From: a virus
Lineage: Duplodnaviria > Caudoviricetes
Reading direction: 5' to 3' (one strand)
DNA: 51,778 nucleotides
IMG/VR virus record: IMGVR_UViG_3300032069_000864
Location: 1-51,778 of that record
Both the position numbers and the translations under genes were made by a program. The notes beneath the pieces are model-generated. The model was not told where the DNA came from. It saw nothing but the letters and a program-made list of their open reading frames with translations, and searched no databases. Shown here piece after piece: positions 19,337 to 28,860 of this stretch. The first letter of the stretch is position 1, and each line of letters starts with the position of its first letter.

Positions 19337-20383
19337 TCACGGCTGCGTGACCCGCAACGCCCCACAACTGCACCGGTAGACGGTGTAGGCGCCGTTGTAC
19401 GTCTGGCCCAGCAGGTCCCACGTGTGGACGTGCGGAGGTGCCCCTCCCGCTGCTACCTGCATCGCGGCTAGTACGTTCACACGTCCATACCCGAACTTCT
19501 CATCCCTCCCCGGCGTGCCCAGGTCATCGGCCGTGGATTCCAGGATGGTCTCCAGTTGCGCGGGGGTCAGGTTCGGGTCCTGCGAAAGCAACAGGGCCGC
19601 CGCTCCTCCTACGAAGGCCGCCGCCTCCGAACTCCCGGATGCCGAGCGCGAATACCAGCTGTCGTACCAGGAGCAAACCGTGAGCTTCACCCCGGGCGCG
19701 GCGATCTTCACGGATGGGCCGTACCCGAATGCCGGCACCCCATTCTCGTCCAGCGCGCTTACCGTGAAAATGTACGGGGAGGACGCTGCCGTGTACCGTC
19801 CCCATGCATTGCCGATCGAGGCGACGACGAAGCAACCCTTGCCGGTCGCATAGGCTGCCGCGGACTCCACCTCCGCCACGCCCGTCACTTCGTATGGCAC
19901 AATGGCAACCCGCGCCCCCTGGTCCGCGGCCCACCGCAATCCGGCCGCGATGTTCCCCCACGTCGCGTATCCCAGCGGCGGCCCCCCAGGAGTCACCGTC
20001 TTGACCATGCTCACCTGGACCGGCAGGATCGAGCACCCCGCCCCCACCCCCGCCATCGCAAATCCATTATCCGCGATGGCCGCCGCGATGCTCGCCATGT
20101 GCGTCCCATGCTCGTCGCAGACCTGATTCGTGATCCCAGTCCCCGTGACGATATTCCGCCCGGCCAGCAACTTCGCCGTCAGGTCACGGTTGCTGCTCAC
20201 CACTCCGCCGTCTATCACCGCAACCTTGATCCCCGGCTTACCCATTGTGTAATTCCATGCCAACAGCACGCCGGTCTTCGCCAGCTCCCACTGCTGTGGC
20301 ACCGCCGGATCATTCGGCGCGTACCCCCACGCCGCGCCCGCGCACACCACTACCGCCAACACCGCCAACCATAGCCGCCTCAT
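19337..20383 (-). CDS. Secreted S8 subtilisin/thermitase-like serine protease
   Basis: Start ATG 20383 with signal peptide MRRLWLAVLAVVVCAGAAWG. PNDP..QW, VAVIDGG (Asp), HGTH (His), ASIGN (oxyanion Asn), SGSSEAA (Ser), DDLGTPGRDEKFGYGRVN. Confidence 0.9.
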   Translation of the reverse strand: MRRLWLAVLAVVVCAGAAWGYAPNDPAVPQQWELAKTGVLLAWNYTMGKPGIKVAVIDGGVVSSNRDLTAKLLAGRNIVTGTGITNQVCDEHGTHMASIAAAIADNGFAMAGVGAGCSILPVQVSMVKTVTPGGPPLGYATWGNIAAGLRWAADQGARVAIVPYEVTGVAEVESAAAYATGKGCFVVASIGNAWGRYTAASSPYIFTVSALDENGVPAFGYGPSVKIAAPGVKLTVCSWYDSWYSRSASGSSEAAAFVGGAAALLLSQDPNLTPAQLETILESTADDLGTPGRDEKFGYGRVNVLAAMQVAAGGAPPHVHTWDLLGQTYNGAYTVYRCSCGALRVTQP

Positions 20384-20832
20384 CGCTTCACCTTCCCCAG
20401 CGTGTCGCTGACGCCCGTCTCGATATCGGGGAACTTCAACTCCCCCCGCACGTTCCGCGCACTGTCGGCGTACCCCCAGTGGCCTGCACAGGCCGGGTCC
20501 TCCGGCTTCCTGCCATGGCCCCGCACGCACATCTCTCCGGTTCCGCGCCAGGAACAGGTTCCGCAGGTCGTGCCATCCGGCACCGGCCGCCCCTCCAGGA
20601 AGTGATTCAGCACGCACAGCTTCGCATGGAGTTGCGCCTCATCCCAGGGCCGGTCGAACCAGACTCTACCTCGCGCGCAGGCGTCTCGGAAGCGGACAAC
20701 GGCCGCGACAAAATCGGGGTCCGCGGCCGGTCTCTTCTCCCGGCGACAGCGCCACTTGCGCACCTCGACGGCGATCCCGCACGCCGCCATCACGGTCCCC
20801 ACCGCTGCCAGCACCAGCAGCAGCCAGTTCAC
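20380..20832 (-). CDS. Hypothetical membrane-anchored Cys-rich protein
   Basis: N-terminal hydrophobic helix; CGTCSW..C..CAGHW. Confidence 0.6.
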   Translation of the reverse strand: MNWLLLVLAAVGTVMAACGIAVEVRKWRCRREKRPAADPDFVAAVVRFRDACARGRVWFDRPWDEAQLHAKLCVLNHFLEGRPVPDGTTCGTCSWRGTGEMCVRGHGRKPEDPACAGHWGYADSARNVRGELKFPDIETGVSDTLGKVKR

Positions 20833-21281
20833 GGCTTCTCATTCTCCGGCAACTCCGCCGGAATCTGCCCCGCGTCCTCCGGCGTCAGCCACGGCCTCAC
20901 CATCCACTGCACCGCCGCGGTGCATCGCGCCGCCATCTGGTCGCGTATCTCCTGGGTCAAACTCTCCCACATCTCCTGGCCCCACATGTTGCACATGAGC
21001 ATGTCAAGGAGCATCTCCTGGAGAGCCTTCCCCACCTCCCCCGCATCCATCTCCGGCGGCTGCAACGCCCGCCGGATCCCCCACTCCTCGTCCGCGGTCA
21101 GCCGGTCCACCATCGCCTGCAACGCGAGGGTCAGCGTCGCTCCCGTGGCCTCCAACGGCCCAACTCCGTCTGACCAGACCACCCCCACCACGTACCCCGG
21201 TGGATCACCGGGCCGAATGGCAGGCTCTATAGGGGGATCGTCGGGGCCCCTGTACCTGAATCGCAGCACCAGTTTCCTCAC
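20829..21281 (-). CDS. Hypothetical protein
   Basis: Operon-packed 150 aa ORF. Confidence 0.6.
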   Translation of the reverse strand: MRKLVLRFRYRGPDDPPIEPAIRPGDPPGYVVGVVWSDGVGPLEATGATLTLALQAMVDRLTADEEWGIRRALQPPEMDAGEVGKALQEMLLDMLMCNMWGQEMWESLTQEIRDQMAARCTAAVQWMVRPWLTPEDAGQIPAELPENEKP

Positions 21282-21310
21282 GGCTTCACCTCTTCACGGC
21301 GCGGCCGCGC

Positions 21311-21766
21311 CTATACCTCGTCCACTCCTGCTTCTCCGGTTCCGATGCGGTCGATGATTTGATCGAGGATGGGGAGCCGATAACCCGGCCCGTTATCCTC
21401 CACCGCCTTCCGTAGGATCCCGAGCGCCGTCTCTCCCGCGATGTAATCGTTGCCGGCCTCCATCGCCTCCTCGATCTTTCGCATGACCCCCGCGACGAGC
21501 CGGATGCGACCGGCGGTCATCCCCGCGGTATTGATCATCGCCAGCAGATTGCAGAGTACCTGCCCCAGGATGGGCTGGTCCTCCGCGGGGAACTCCTTGC
21601 CTTCGATCACCGCCCCGGTGGGCCGTCCCTGCGCGTCAAGCACCGGTTTGACCTCACGACGGGGCTTCAGGGGCTCCCGCCGCGCCCGGTCGAGCAAGTA
21701 GTCCTTGAGGCCGGTGATCGTGATACTGGCGTTTGCCGCTGGTGCTGGTCCTGGCTTCTTCATCAT
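21311..21766 (-). CDS. Hypothetical protein (possible tail fibre chaperone)
   Basis: AGGAG RBS; directly follows the fibre gene. Confidence 0.65.
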   Translation of the reverse strand: MMKKPGPAPAANASITITGLKDYLLDRARREPLKPRREVKPVLDAQGRPTGAVIEGKEFPAEDQPILGQVLCNLLAMINTAGMTAGRIRLVAGVMRKIEEAMEAGNDYIAGETALGILRKAVEDNGPGYRLPILDQIIDRIGTGEAGVDEV

Positions 21767-21810
21767 CTGGTTTCTCCTATCATTCGCCCGGTCTGGCGCG
21801 CTTCCACCTT

Positions 21811-23994
21811 CTAGCTATAGGTGACGAGGCCGAGAGCCTTGATCGCGTCGCAGAACGCCAGCATCCAAGTGCCCGCGCTCGGTTTGCTGGAGCCGGAAAC
21901 CGTCTGCCTGGCGACAGGCGTGGCGGCATAGAAACCGATCTTCTGCGTGGTGCCGGTCGCGATCTGCATCCCGGTGGTAGTGTCCGTGGCGATGTTCTGC
22001 GCGCTCAGCGTCAAGGTCCCGGCTATGGACACGGCCCCATGGAGGTAGATGCCGATGTCCCCGTAAAGGTCGAGATGCCCATCGGCGTCGCTGGTGAGGT
22101 AAATAGTCGAATCGCGAAATTGCAATATGCCGCACCCGCCGCCGGTGGAGTTCGCGATCAGAATCGTCCCATACCCGAGCATCGTAGAAGAAAGCGTGAG
22201 GGTGCTTCCTCCCGACATGATGGCCCCGGCGAACGTCGGGGTATCGGAGGTGGTCAAGCCGCTGACGTCTGCCTGCCCGATGCTCGCCCAGGAAACCGTG
22301 GTTCCGCCTGCGGCTACCACCTCCTTGAACCAATAGGTGCCCTGGCTGCCAGGCACCGCTACTCGCGACGGCACGCCGCTCGCCCCGCCACAGATCATGT
22401 CGCCCACGGTGGTCATGGGGTTGCTCAGCACGGTCGCCCAGGTGTACCCGTTCTTTCCGCTATTGACCGTAAGCGCGTAGCCCGCCGTTGCTCCGATGGC
22501 GATCTCTGCCAGGGTCGTCGTGTCGGAGGCGTAGACGATGGCATATTGAGTCCAGGAGCTCTTGTTTGTCCCGCCGTCCGCCACCGCCACGTCGGTCGCC
22601 CCGCCCGCCATGTAGACCGCCTTGCCCTCGACGCTCATCACCCCGGCCGAGACTCGGGCCAGAGTGGTATCGGTGGCCGCCCCAAGCTCGATGGTGGAGA
22701 ATTGCGGGCTCCCCGTCGTGGAGTAATCCTGAGAGATGGTCGGGTTCCCGCTGATCTTGAGCGTCCGGTTCGCGTTCACCACATCGATGGTCAGCGCGCG
22801 CGCCGCGCTGATGGTGGTCGAAGAGGTGCAGGTAAAGGTCACGTCATAGGCCGCGCTAGTATCTCGCAGGGCGAACCCCGTGAGCGCCGCGAGCGTTCCT
22901 CCCGTGATCGCCACGGAATTCGCCGCCTGGGTAGCGATGGTGCCGAGCCCGGAGATGTCTCCGGTCGCGGGTTGCGCCTTCGTCCAGGCTCCCGTGCTGG
23001 AATTGTACGCAGTGAGGAAGTTATGGGAGGCTCCCGCCTCGTTGGCAGGCACTACCTGATCGCCGCTATTGGTCCCGGAGACCGTAGCCGTGCTGCTCAC
23101 CGTGAGGTTCGCCCCGAGCTTGAATGTCCGGTTCGCGTTCACCACATCGATGGTCAGCGCGCGCGCCGCGCCGAGGGCAGTGGAAGAGGTGCAGGTGAAG
23201 GTCACGTCATAGGCCGCGCTGGTATCTCGCAGAGCAAAGCCCGTCAGTCCGGCAAGGGTGCCACCCGTGATCGCTACAGAGCTCGCCGCCTGGGTGCAGA
23301 TCGAACCCAGCCCATGGACGGAGGTACCGGTGGCGTTCACGTGCGTAGTCAGATTGCTCTGCACGCCGGAGGCCGCACCGGAGGCGTCCGCTCCTACATC
23401 GGAATAGGTCAGTCCATGGGCGGCGAACCCGTAAGTGCTCTCGGTGAGCGCCTTGAGAAAGTACCCTGGGGTCAGCCCGGAGACCGTGTGGAGGGAGCCG
23501 ATCAGCGCGTGCTGGGAAGGAGAGAAGCTGCTTGGGATATTGGCGAGCGCGCCATACCCGATCTGTGGGCCCTCGCCCGCCGAGCCGGTATGATGGTGTC
23601 CGGTGCTCCCGTCGAACTTCGGGGAGTGATCCCCCCATCCATAAGCTGCATCCCAGGCCGATATGTCGCTGCTGTCGATCCCGGCAGCTACCGATCCAGA
23701 GAAGACCGGATCGGTCTCGGCAGAGACCAGCGCGCCCCACCCGGCGGAGTAGATGTAGATGGCGGCCGCGTCGGCAAGCCAAAGCGCCATTCCGGCAGTC
23801 GCCGCCGTCAATTCCCAGGCCGTGCCCGACCATTCGGCAACAGCATTCGCGTGGCCTGCCCAATCGCCACTGGGACTCGTCCCGATCAGATATCGATCTC
23901 CCGTCGCCGGCGATCCCGGTGGCGCGTCGAGTCGGTCCGCCACCGGCGGCTGCCAACTGAATGTGCCGAGGTCCGGGAGACGGTAATCAGTCAC
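21811..23994 (-). CDS. Tail fibre protein with N-terminal DUF2793-like domain
   Basis: PPGSPATGDRYLIG..GDWAGHANAVA motif, G/A/S/T-rich fibre composition, VADGGT motif, internal duplication. Confidence 0.85.
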   Translation of the reverse strand: MTDYRLPDLGTFSWQPPVADRLDAPPGSPATGDRYLIGTSPSGDWAGHANAVAEWSGTAWELTAATAGMALWLADAAAIYIYSAGWGALVSAETDPVFSGSVAAGIDSSDISAWDAAYGWGDHSPKFDGSTGHHHTGSAGEGPQIGYGALANIPSSFSPSQHALIGSLHTVSGLTPGYFLKALTESTYGFAAHGLTYSDVGADASGAASGVQSNLTTHVNATGTSVHGLGSICTQAASSVAITGGTLAGLTGFALRDTSAAYDVTFTCTSSTALGAARALTIDVVNANRTFKLGANLTVSSTATVSGTNSGDQVVPANEAGASHNFLTAYNSSTGAWTKAQPATGDISGLGTIATQAANSVAITGGTLAALTGFALRDTSAAYDVTFTCTSSTTISAARALTIDVVNANRTLKISGNPTISQDYSTTGSPQFSTIELGAATDTTLARVSAGVMSVEGKAVYMAGGATDVAVADGGTNKSSWTQYAIVYASDTTTLAEIAIGATAGYALTVNSGKNGYTWATVLSNPMTTVGDMICGGASGVPSRVAVPGSQGTYWFKEVVAAGGTTVSWASIGQADVSGLTTSDTPTFAGAIMSGGSTLTLSSTMLGYGTILIANSTGGGCGILQFRDSTIYLTSDADGHLDLYGDIGIYLHGAVSIAGTLTLSAQNIATDTTTGMQIATGTTQKIGFYAATPVARQTVSGSSKPSAGTWMLAFCDAIKALGLVTYS
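22763..23295. repeat. Imperfect in-frame direct repeat, about 170 bp (22763-22932 and 23126-23295)
   Basis: Copies are 363 nt apart; both encode QAA.SVAITGGTLA.LTGFALRDTSAAYDVTFTCTSST...AARALTIDVVNANRT. Confidence 0.9.
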
Positions 23995-23995
23995 G

Positions 23996-24445
23996 CTACA
24001 GGGTCACCATCACGCACTTGCGGGCCGCGACATAGCGCAGGTCCCACGCCACCGCGGCTTCCACGTCCTCGGCCGATGCGGAATGGGTCCCGTCGTCCAG
24101 GCTCTCGGCCTTGTCCACGATCCCGTCGTCGTCGGCATCGTAGGTGGCCTTCAGCATGTCGCCGCCGGCCTCGAACGCGCCCCAGGCCGCGCCATCGAAC
24201 AGGTAGAACTTGTTCTCGTCCACGATGTAGACGAACCAGCCCTCCTCCGGCGTGTCGAAGGCCCAGGCCGTGCCGGTGTACCAGGCGATGGCGTTCGCGT
24301 GGCCCGCCCAATCCCCGGTAGGCGAACCCCCGACGATATACCGATCGCCCTCGCTCGGCGTGCCCGGTGGCGCATTCAGGTCCTTATCCAGCACCTGCCG
24401 CTGGAACGGTGCGAATTCCTCGATCAGCAATCTGTAATCGGCCAC
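23996..24445 (-). CDS. DUF2793-like tail-associated protein
   Basis: PPGTPSEGDRYIVG..TGDWAGHANAIAW..AWAF.TPEEGW, then GGDMLKATYD.DDDGIVDKA. Confidence 0.8.
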   Translation of the reverse strand: MADYRLLIEEFAPFQRQVLDKDLNAPPGTPSEGDRYIVGGSPTGDWAGHANAIAWYTGTAWAFDTPEEGWFVYIVDENKFYLFDGAAWGAFEAGGDMLKATYDADDDGIVDKAESLDDGTHSASAEDVEAAVAWDLRYVAARKCVMVTL

Positions 24446-24458
24446 GTCCGTCTCCTTC

Positions 24459-24797
24459 TTATGCAGAGATCAGGTAGGCCCGCAGTGCGGGCCGGAATCT
24501 CAGTCGAGGGCCGGCTATCCACTGGCCCTCCGAATCGTCGTATTGCAGCAGACTGCCATCCTCAGGTTGCGCCTCCACATCGGCCAGATCGTTGAGCACC
24601 CGCGGGCTCGGGGGCGATTCGTTGTAGCCGGGCGCCAAGAGGACGACGTCGATCTCTCCGCTCTCCACCGCGATCTGCGTCTCCGGAGCGGCCGAGAAGG
24701 CCACCGCGACGGCTGGCGCGCGCACAGTCAGGAACTGCTCCTGGAGCACCTCGCTGACTGTTCCCTCTGCACCCTGGATTCTGACCTCCAGATCCAC
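24459..24797 (-). CDS. Tail-associated hypothetical protein
   Basis: LNDLADV...DGSLLQYD....W motif typical of fibre proteins. Confidence 0.65.
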   Translation of the reverse strand: MDLEVRIQGAEGTVSEVLQEQFLTVRAPAVAVAFSAAPETQIAVESGEIDVVLLAPGYNESPPSPRVLNDLADVEAQPEDGSLLQYDDSEGQWIAGPRLRFRPALRAYLISA

Positions 24798-24799
24798 GC

Positions 24800-25168
24800 C
24801 TATCCTCCAGGCGCCGGCGCCACCGCCATGCTTCGTGCCACCACGATTTCGAATGGCGGACTCAATTGCACCCCGAGAGGCGGGTCTTCCGGATCCTCGG
24901 CCAGAAAGGTGAGCACTAATTGCCCCTCGAACTCCCCGCTCTCCGCGAGATCAGCCTTGGCCCAGTCGTAGTGGCACGTCCCGGCCAGGGGTTCGTCCAC
25001 GGTACATGGCCCCTCGAGCGTCGCCTGCCCGCCCTTCGGCCCGAACCGGAACATGACCGCCACCGTGGTGAGGTCCATCGGTGCGCGGTCTTCGGTAATG
25101 GACCTTGCCACGGTGATCGTGAATCGAATCGGGGGCAGTGTGTCCCCGGCCTGCCAGGTCGCTGGCAT
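24800..25168 (-). CDS. BppU N-terminal-like baseplate protein
   Basis: GDTLPP..F......DLT...V.F......G.C.YDW..ADL..SG.FEG pattern. Confidence 0.7.
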   Translation of the reverse strand: MPATWQAGDTLPPIRFTITVARSITEDRAPMDLTTVAVMFRFGPKGGQATLEGPCTVDEPLAGTCHYDWAKADLAESGEFEGQLVLTFLAEDPEDPPLGVQLSPPFEIVVARSMAVAPAPGG

Positions 25169-25731
25169 CAGTTCCCTCCTGCCCAGGCCCGCAGGCCTGC
25201 ATCAATCGCCGCCACCGCCCGCGCCTGCCATTCCTCGGTCAGCATGGCCGCGCGCGCGTGAATGTCGGATAGGAATCCGACCTCGATCAGCGCGGCCGCC
25301 TGCCGGCCATGGAACAGCACGAGATAGGTGTAGGGCCGCCCATTCCGATCCCATGGCGCGCGCACGACCTGGCTCTTCTCGGCGAAGCCGGCCTTGCCGG
25401 TCGCACTCAGGGCCAGCGCGTTCGCCAGGCCGGCGGACCCCCGCCGCTTCCCATCCCAGTACGTGATACAGCAGTGGAGATCGGGATCCGTCTTGGAGGA
25501 ATTGCAGTGCAGGGAGATCACCACGTCGGGTTCGCGTCTGAGTAACCGCGCGCAGAACCGCCACAGTGCATTCCGCTCCGGCAGCCGGCTGGTCGGCACG
25601 TATTCTATGCCGTTCCCCGACAGATTCGGGATCCGGTGGGCCAGTGCCACCACGATTTCCCGCTCGGCCACGCCCTCTACTACGGCGCCGGGATCACTCT
25701 CCGAATGCCCCGCCTCAATCACGACCCGCAT
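25168..25731 (-). CDS. N-acetylmuramoyl-L-alanine amidase (Amidase_3) endolysin
   Basis: VVIEAGH..DPGA....E, ISLHCN, ALIEVGFL zinc-amidase motifs; catalytic domain only. Confidence 0.88.
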   Translation of the reverse strand: MRVVIEAGHSESDPGAVVEGVAEREIVVALAHRIPNLSGNGIEYVPTSRLPERNALWRFCARLLRREPDVVISLHCNSSKTDPDLHCCITYWDGKRRGSAGLANALALSATGKAGFAEKSQVVRAPWDRNGRPYTYLVLFHGRQAAALIEVGFLSDIHARAAMLTEEWQARAVAAIDAGLRAWAGGN

Positions 25732-26014
25732 CGGTCTTCCTCTCACTCAATAGGCATGGCCGCTGCTCCAGCCGATCGCAGATCCGCGTCATGCCCAGCC
25801 GCAGTTCCACGACTCCGGCGCTCATATCCTTGACCGCCGTGGCCACCGCTCCGGCCTGCTCTTTGACCGTGGATGTGAAGTCCTGCCTCATGGCCGTACG
25901 TTCCGCGCGGCCCTCCCGCAGTTCTACAATGAAGGCCCGCACCATCAAGGGAACCACCACGACGACGCACAGACCAATGAGCCCCGAGATTCCATACTCC
26001 AGGAATCCCTCCAT
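25715..26014 (-). CDS. Holin-like protein
   Basis: One N-terminal TM helix plus coiled coil, directly upstream of the amidase. Confidence 0.65.
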   Translation of the reverse strand: MEGFLEYGISGLIGLCVVVVVPLMVRAFIVELREGRAERTAMRQDFTSTVKEQAGAVATAVKDMSAGVVELRLGMTRICDRLEQRPCLLSERKTDAGRD

Positions 26015-26054
26015 CGCGAAGTCACCCTCTCTGTCGGTCGTCTGTTTAAGTCGG

Positions 26055-26408
26055 CTAGACCGGCTCCGCGTCCAAGTAGACCGTCAGGTCGCACTGATGG
26101 CCTTCGGTCGCCTCTGCCTTCGCCGACACCTGCAGCCACCGATCGTACCGGGTCACCCGATACACCGCCGCGCTGCCGGCCGCGAGTGTGGGGATGTCGC
26201 TCCCCTCCTCGAACTCCTCGGCGATCCAGGGGCCCTCGGCCGTTGGGCCGAACTCGATGACCACGTCCGCCAGCGCCGCCCCGTCCGCCGCGTTGTCGAA
26301 GGTAATCACCCGCGCCGGCCGCCCGCCCAGATCCCGGGGCGGCAGGATGACCTGTAACTCCTCGGAGTCTAGGTCCTCGACTATCACTTGCTCTCGCCAC
26401 GCATCCAT
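26055..26408 (-). CDS. Virion-associated hypothetical protein
   Basis: GGAGG RBS, ATG 26408, beta-rich acidic 117 aa. Confidence 0.65.
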   Translation of the reverse strand: MDAWREQVIVEDLDSEELQVILPPRDLGGRPARVITFDNAADGAALADVVIEFGPTAEGPWIAEEFEEGSDIPTLAAGSAAVYRVTRYDRWLQVSAKAEATEGHQCDLTVYLDAEPV

Positions 26409-26425
26409 CTCGAGACCTCCGTCTC

Positions 26426-26662
26426 TCACTCTGGCGGATTCACCGCCCCCAGCATTGCCACTGGCCGACCTCCCTCCATCGCAACCGCCACCGTCTGTCC
26501 CTCCGCGGCCTGCACGCCCTGCGCTGCCTGCACTCGGCAGCTCGCCCCTCCGATCGTCACCCGATATTCGCCTCCACCCAGATAGGCCGCGACCTGGCCA
26601 AAAACCATTGGCGCCTGCGGGCATGCGATCCGCCGCAACGCCCCTACCAGACGCGCGCTCAC
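26426..26662 (-). CDS. Small OB-fold-like tail tip protein
   Basis: GTG 26662 overlaps the upstream stop; GQV....GGGEYRV......V.AAEGQTV.V. Confidence 0.55.
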   Translation of the reverse strand: MSARLVGALRRIACPQAPMVFGQVAAYLGGGEYRVTIGGASCRVQAAQGVQAAEGQTVAVAMEGGRPVAMLGAVNPPE

Positions 26663-28860
26663 CGCGCCCTCCACCGCACTGCAATGATCCCGTCGCCGAC
26701 CCATGCCAGAGCCGCGAATCCCGTCGCCGGCGCTTCCATCGGTGCGGTGAAGCTCCAGGGGTTCCGAGTGACGCTGACTCCGGTCCCGATTTCCACCCCG
26801 CCCTTCGTCATCCGATAGGCGTGCGCCACGGGCCCGCCGTCAATCCCCTGGACCATCTGCTCCTTCGCCCCGACCACCCAAGTCAAGCGCGGGTGCGGAT
26901 CAGCGCCGACCGTCCCGAAAGCATCTCCCAGGGACAGTGTCATCATGTCGTCGGCGAAGTTGATCGTGCCCGTTCGCCACTGGGTGTCATAGTTCTCGAC
27001 TGGCATCCGCGCCACGGCCACGCGCAGCACGCCCGCCGCAACCTGAGCGCTGCCCAGCCGGTGATCGTAACCCGGGTCGCTCAATAGATCTTGTCGCGCT
27101 CCCCAGATCCCCTCCGCCGATCGCACCCGGCCGGATAGGCCGGCATCACTGCTCCCATACAGCGCCACCATCCGGCCGCCGGAGATCGAGCAGAGCGCGA
27201 CCTTCTGCACGTGGAACACGTCATAGTGGCCCTCGGCCTCCACGATTGGGGTCCAACCCTCAACCGTCTCCCAGGTGACCCCGTCGGCCCAGGTTCCCGG
27301 CGAGTTGCTGCGACCTACCGCGACGGCCCGGAAGAGCTCATCGGCCCGGGCCTCCGGAGGCGCGTCTCCTGCTGCCCCCGCGTCTACCAGGCCATTCGGC
27401 CATACCTGCATCCCCCAGTCATTCCCCTGCACATCCCCGACCTTGACGTACTCCTCGGCCGCCGGGCGTAGCGCGTAGACCCGCCGTGCGGTCGTACCAT
27501 CCGGGCCCTGACCCGGCGCGCCGAAGCCGCAGATCCAGACCCGGCGCCGGTGTAGACTGTTGCTCGTGGGCATGGTCGTCCCCGAACCGGGAGGCCCGGA
27601 GATCTCCACCGTCTGCTCCGCGTTCCCGGCCACCTCGAGCGCCAGGTAGGAGGGTCCGCTGTCGGTCGCGATATAGATGCGGCGCCCGGTCGTGTTCGCG
27701 GGGCCTGATCGCACGGTGACATGTAGGCTCTTCGTCTGCCCTGCCGCCACGTCGAAACTGGCCGTGGTTCCATAGATGTCCTGGCTGGCCGTGGTCTCGC
27801 CATCGCCTCCGGTATCGTCATCCTTGTAGTAGGTGACCCGCACGCCATAGATGTGAGGGCCTCCGAAACCGCCTCCGGAAGCCGTCTCAATGCCGCCGAG
27901 CGGATAGAAGATATCGGGTTCGCTACCCAGACCGATCAGCGGACTGTCGGTCGCCGTGGTGCCGGCGCCGCTCCCGGCGAAGCATTCCTCCTCGTCGCTC
28001 ACGTTGCCGACGCTGTAGAAGTGCCAGCCGGTCGTGAGATCGTCACCCCAGATCCGTCGCACTACCGGTATACCCGGGGTCATCTGGAAAGTGGCGACGG
28101 CCCAGTAATGCCCATCGGGACCGACCATCATCCCGCATGAGCCTCCGGGTTCCCACGGGCCAAACCCGCCGATCTCTGGCCGAGGCAATGCCACCGGGCT
28201 GCCCAGGCTCAGGCTCCCGGCCGAGACGGTACCGAGCAACGCATAGAGCGAGTAATCCGGCAGGCCACTCGTGTACGGATCCCAGTCCTCATTCCAAAGC
28301 CACCAGAGCGTAGACCCGTCCCGCAACAGGCACGCACTCGTTGGCGCCGGGCCGCCTTTGGCCTGGCCTCCTGGCCCGGTCACCGGTTCGAACGTGTGGC
28401 TGCCCGCCTCGCTCCACCCTTCCGCCGTCAGGAGTTGAGCGAACTGTCCCCGCAGGATGGCCAGCCGCCGATGCAGTGTCTCGGGTTCGGAACTGAGCCA
28501 GCTCCATAGGTCGGAGCCGATCATCCCGATCGCCCCGTGGACGTTCGTCCAATGGTCCTCCTCCTGGCCCGGCCAGGAGATATACGCGGCCTCTCCGATC
28601 CAGTTGATGGTCGGTCCGGGCCGCGGCCCGGCCAGTGCCGGCACGCCCTGCATCGGAATGACGAGCGACCCGTCTTCGGCCCGCAACCAGGCCACACGCT
28701 CGCCGACCTCGGGTGTGCGAGGACCGGCCACCAGCACTCGCTCCGGCCGTCCTGCCAGCCTGATCTCGCCCGGGCGCAACACCTGCGTTACGACTCCCCA
28801 GCCGCTCTGTGCGGCTCGCCGAAATAGTCGCCCGAGCACTTCGGAGATCTGTGCGCTCAC
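26659..28860 (-). CDS. Large tail tip/receptor-binding protein
   Basis: GTG 28860 coupled to the hub gene. N-terminal OB-like segment (PEVGERVA), Gly/Trp-rich beta content, VRVTYY...GET..S / TGRRIY fibronectin-like motifs. Confidence 0.7.
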   Translation of the reverse strand: MSAQISEVLGRLFRRAAQSGWGVVTQVLRPGEIRLAGRPERVLVAGPRTPEVGERVAWLRAEDGSLVIPMQGVPALAGPRPGPTINWIGEAAYISWPGQEEDHWTNVHGAIGMIGSDLWSWLSSEPETLHRRLAILRGQFAQLLTAEGWSEAGSHTFEPVTGPGGQAKGGPAPTSACLLRDGSTLWWLWNEDWDPYTSGLPDYSLYALLGTVSAGSLSLGSPVALPRPEIGGFGPWEPGGSCGMMVGPDGHYWAVATFQMTPGIPVVRRIWGDDLTTGWHFYSVGNVSDEEECFAGSGAGTTATDSPLIGLGSEPDIFYPLGGIETASGGGFGGPHIYGVRVTYYKDDDTGGDGETTASQDIYGTTASFDVAAGQTKSLHVTVRSGPANTTGRRIYIATDSGPSYLALEVAGNAEQTVEISGPPGSGTTMPTSNSLHRRRVWICGFGAPGQGPDGTTARRVYALRPAAEEYVKVGDVQGNDWGMQVWPNGLVDAGAAGDAPPEARADELFRAVAVGRSNSPGTWADGVTWETVEGWTPIVEAEGHYDVFHVQKVALCSISGGRMVALYGSSDAGLSGRVRSAEGIWGARQDLLSDPGYDHRLGSAQVAAGVLRVAVARMPVENYDTQWRTGTINFADDMMTLSLGDAFGTVGADPHPRLTWVVGAKEQMVQGIDGGPVAHAYRMTKGGVEIGTGVSVTRNPWSFTAPMEAPATGFAALAWVGDGIIAVRWRAR

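Noticed and set aside
22763-23295. Repeat pair in the tail fibre as a DGR template/variable region
   Set aside because: Both copies are in frame within one gene, the differences are not adenine-specific, and no reverse transcriptase is present.
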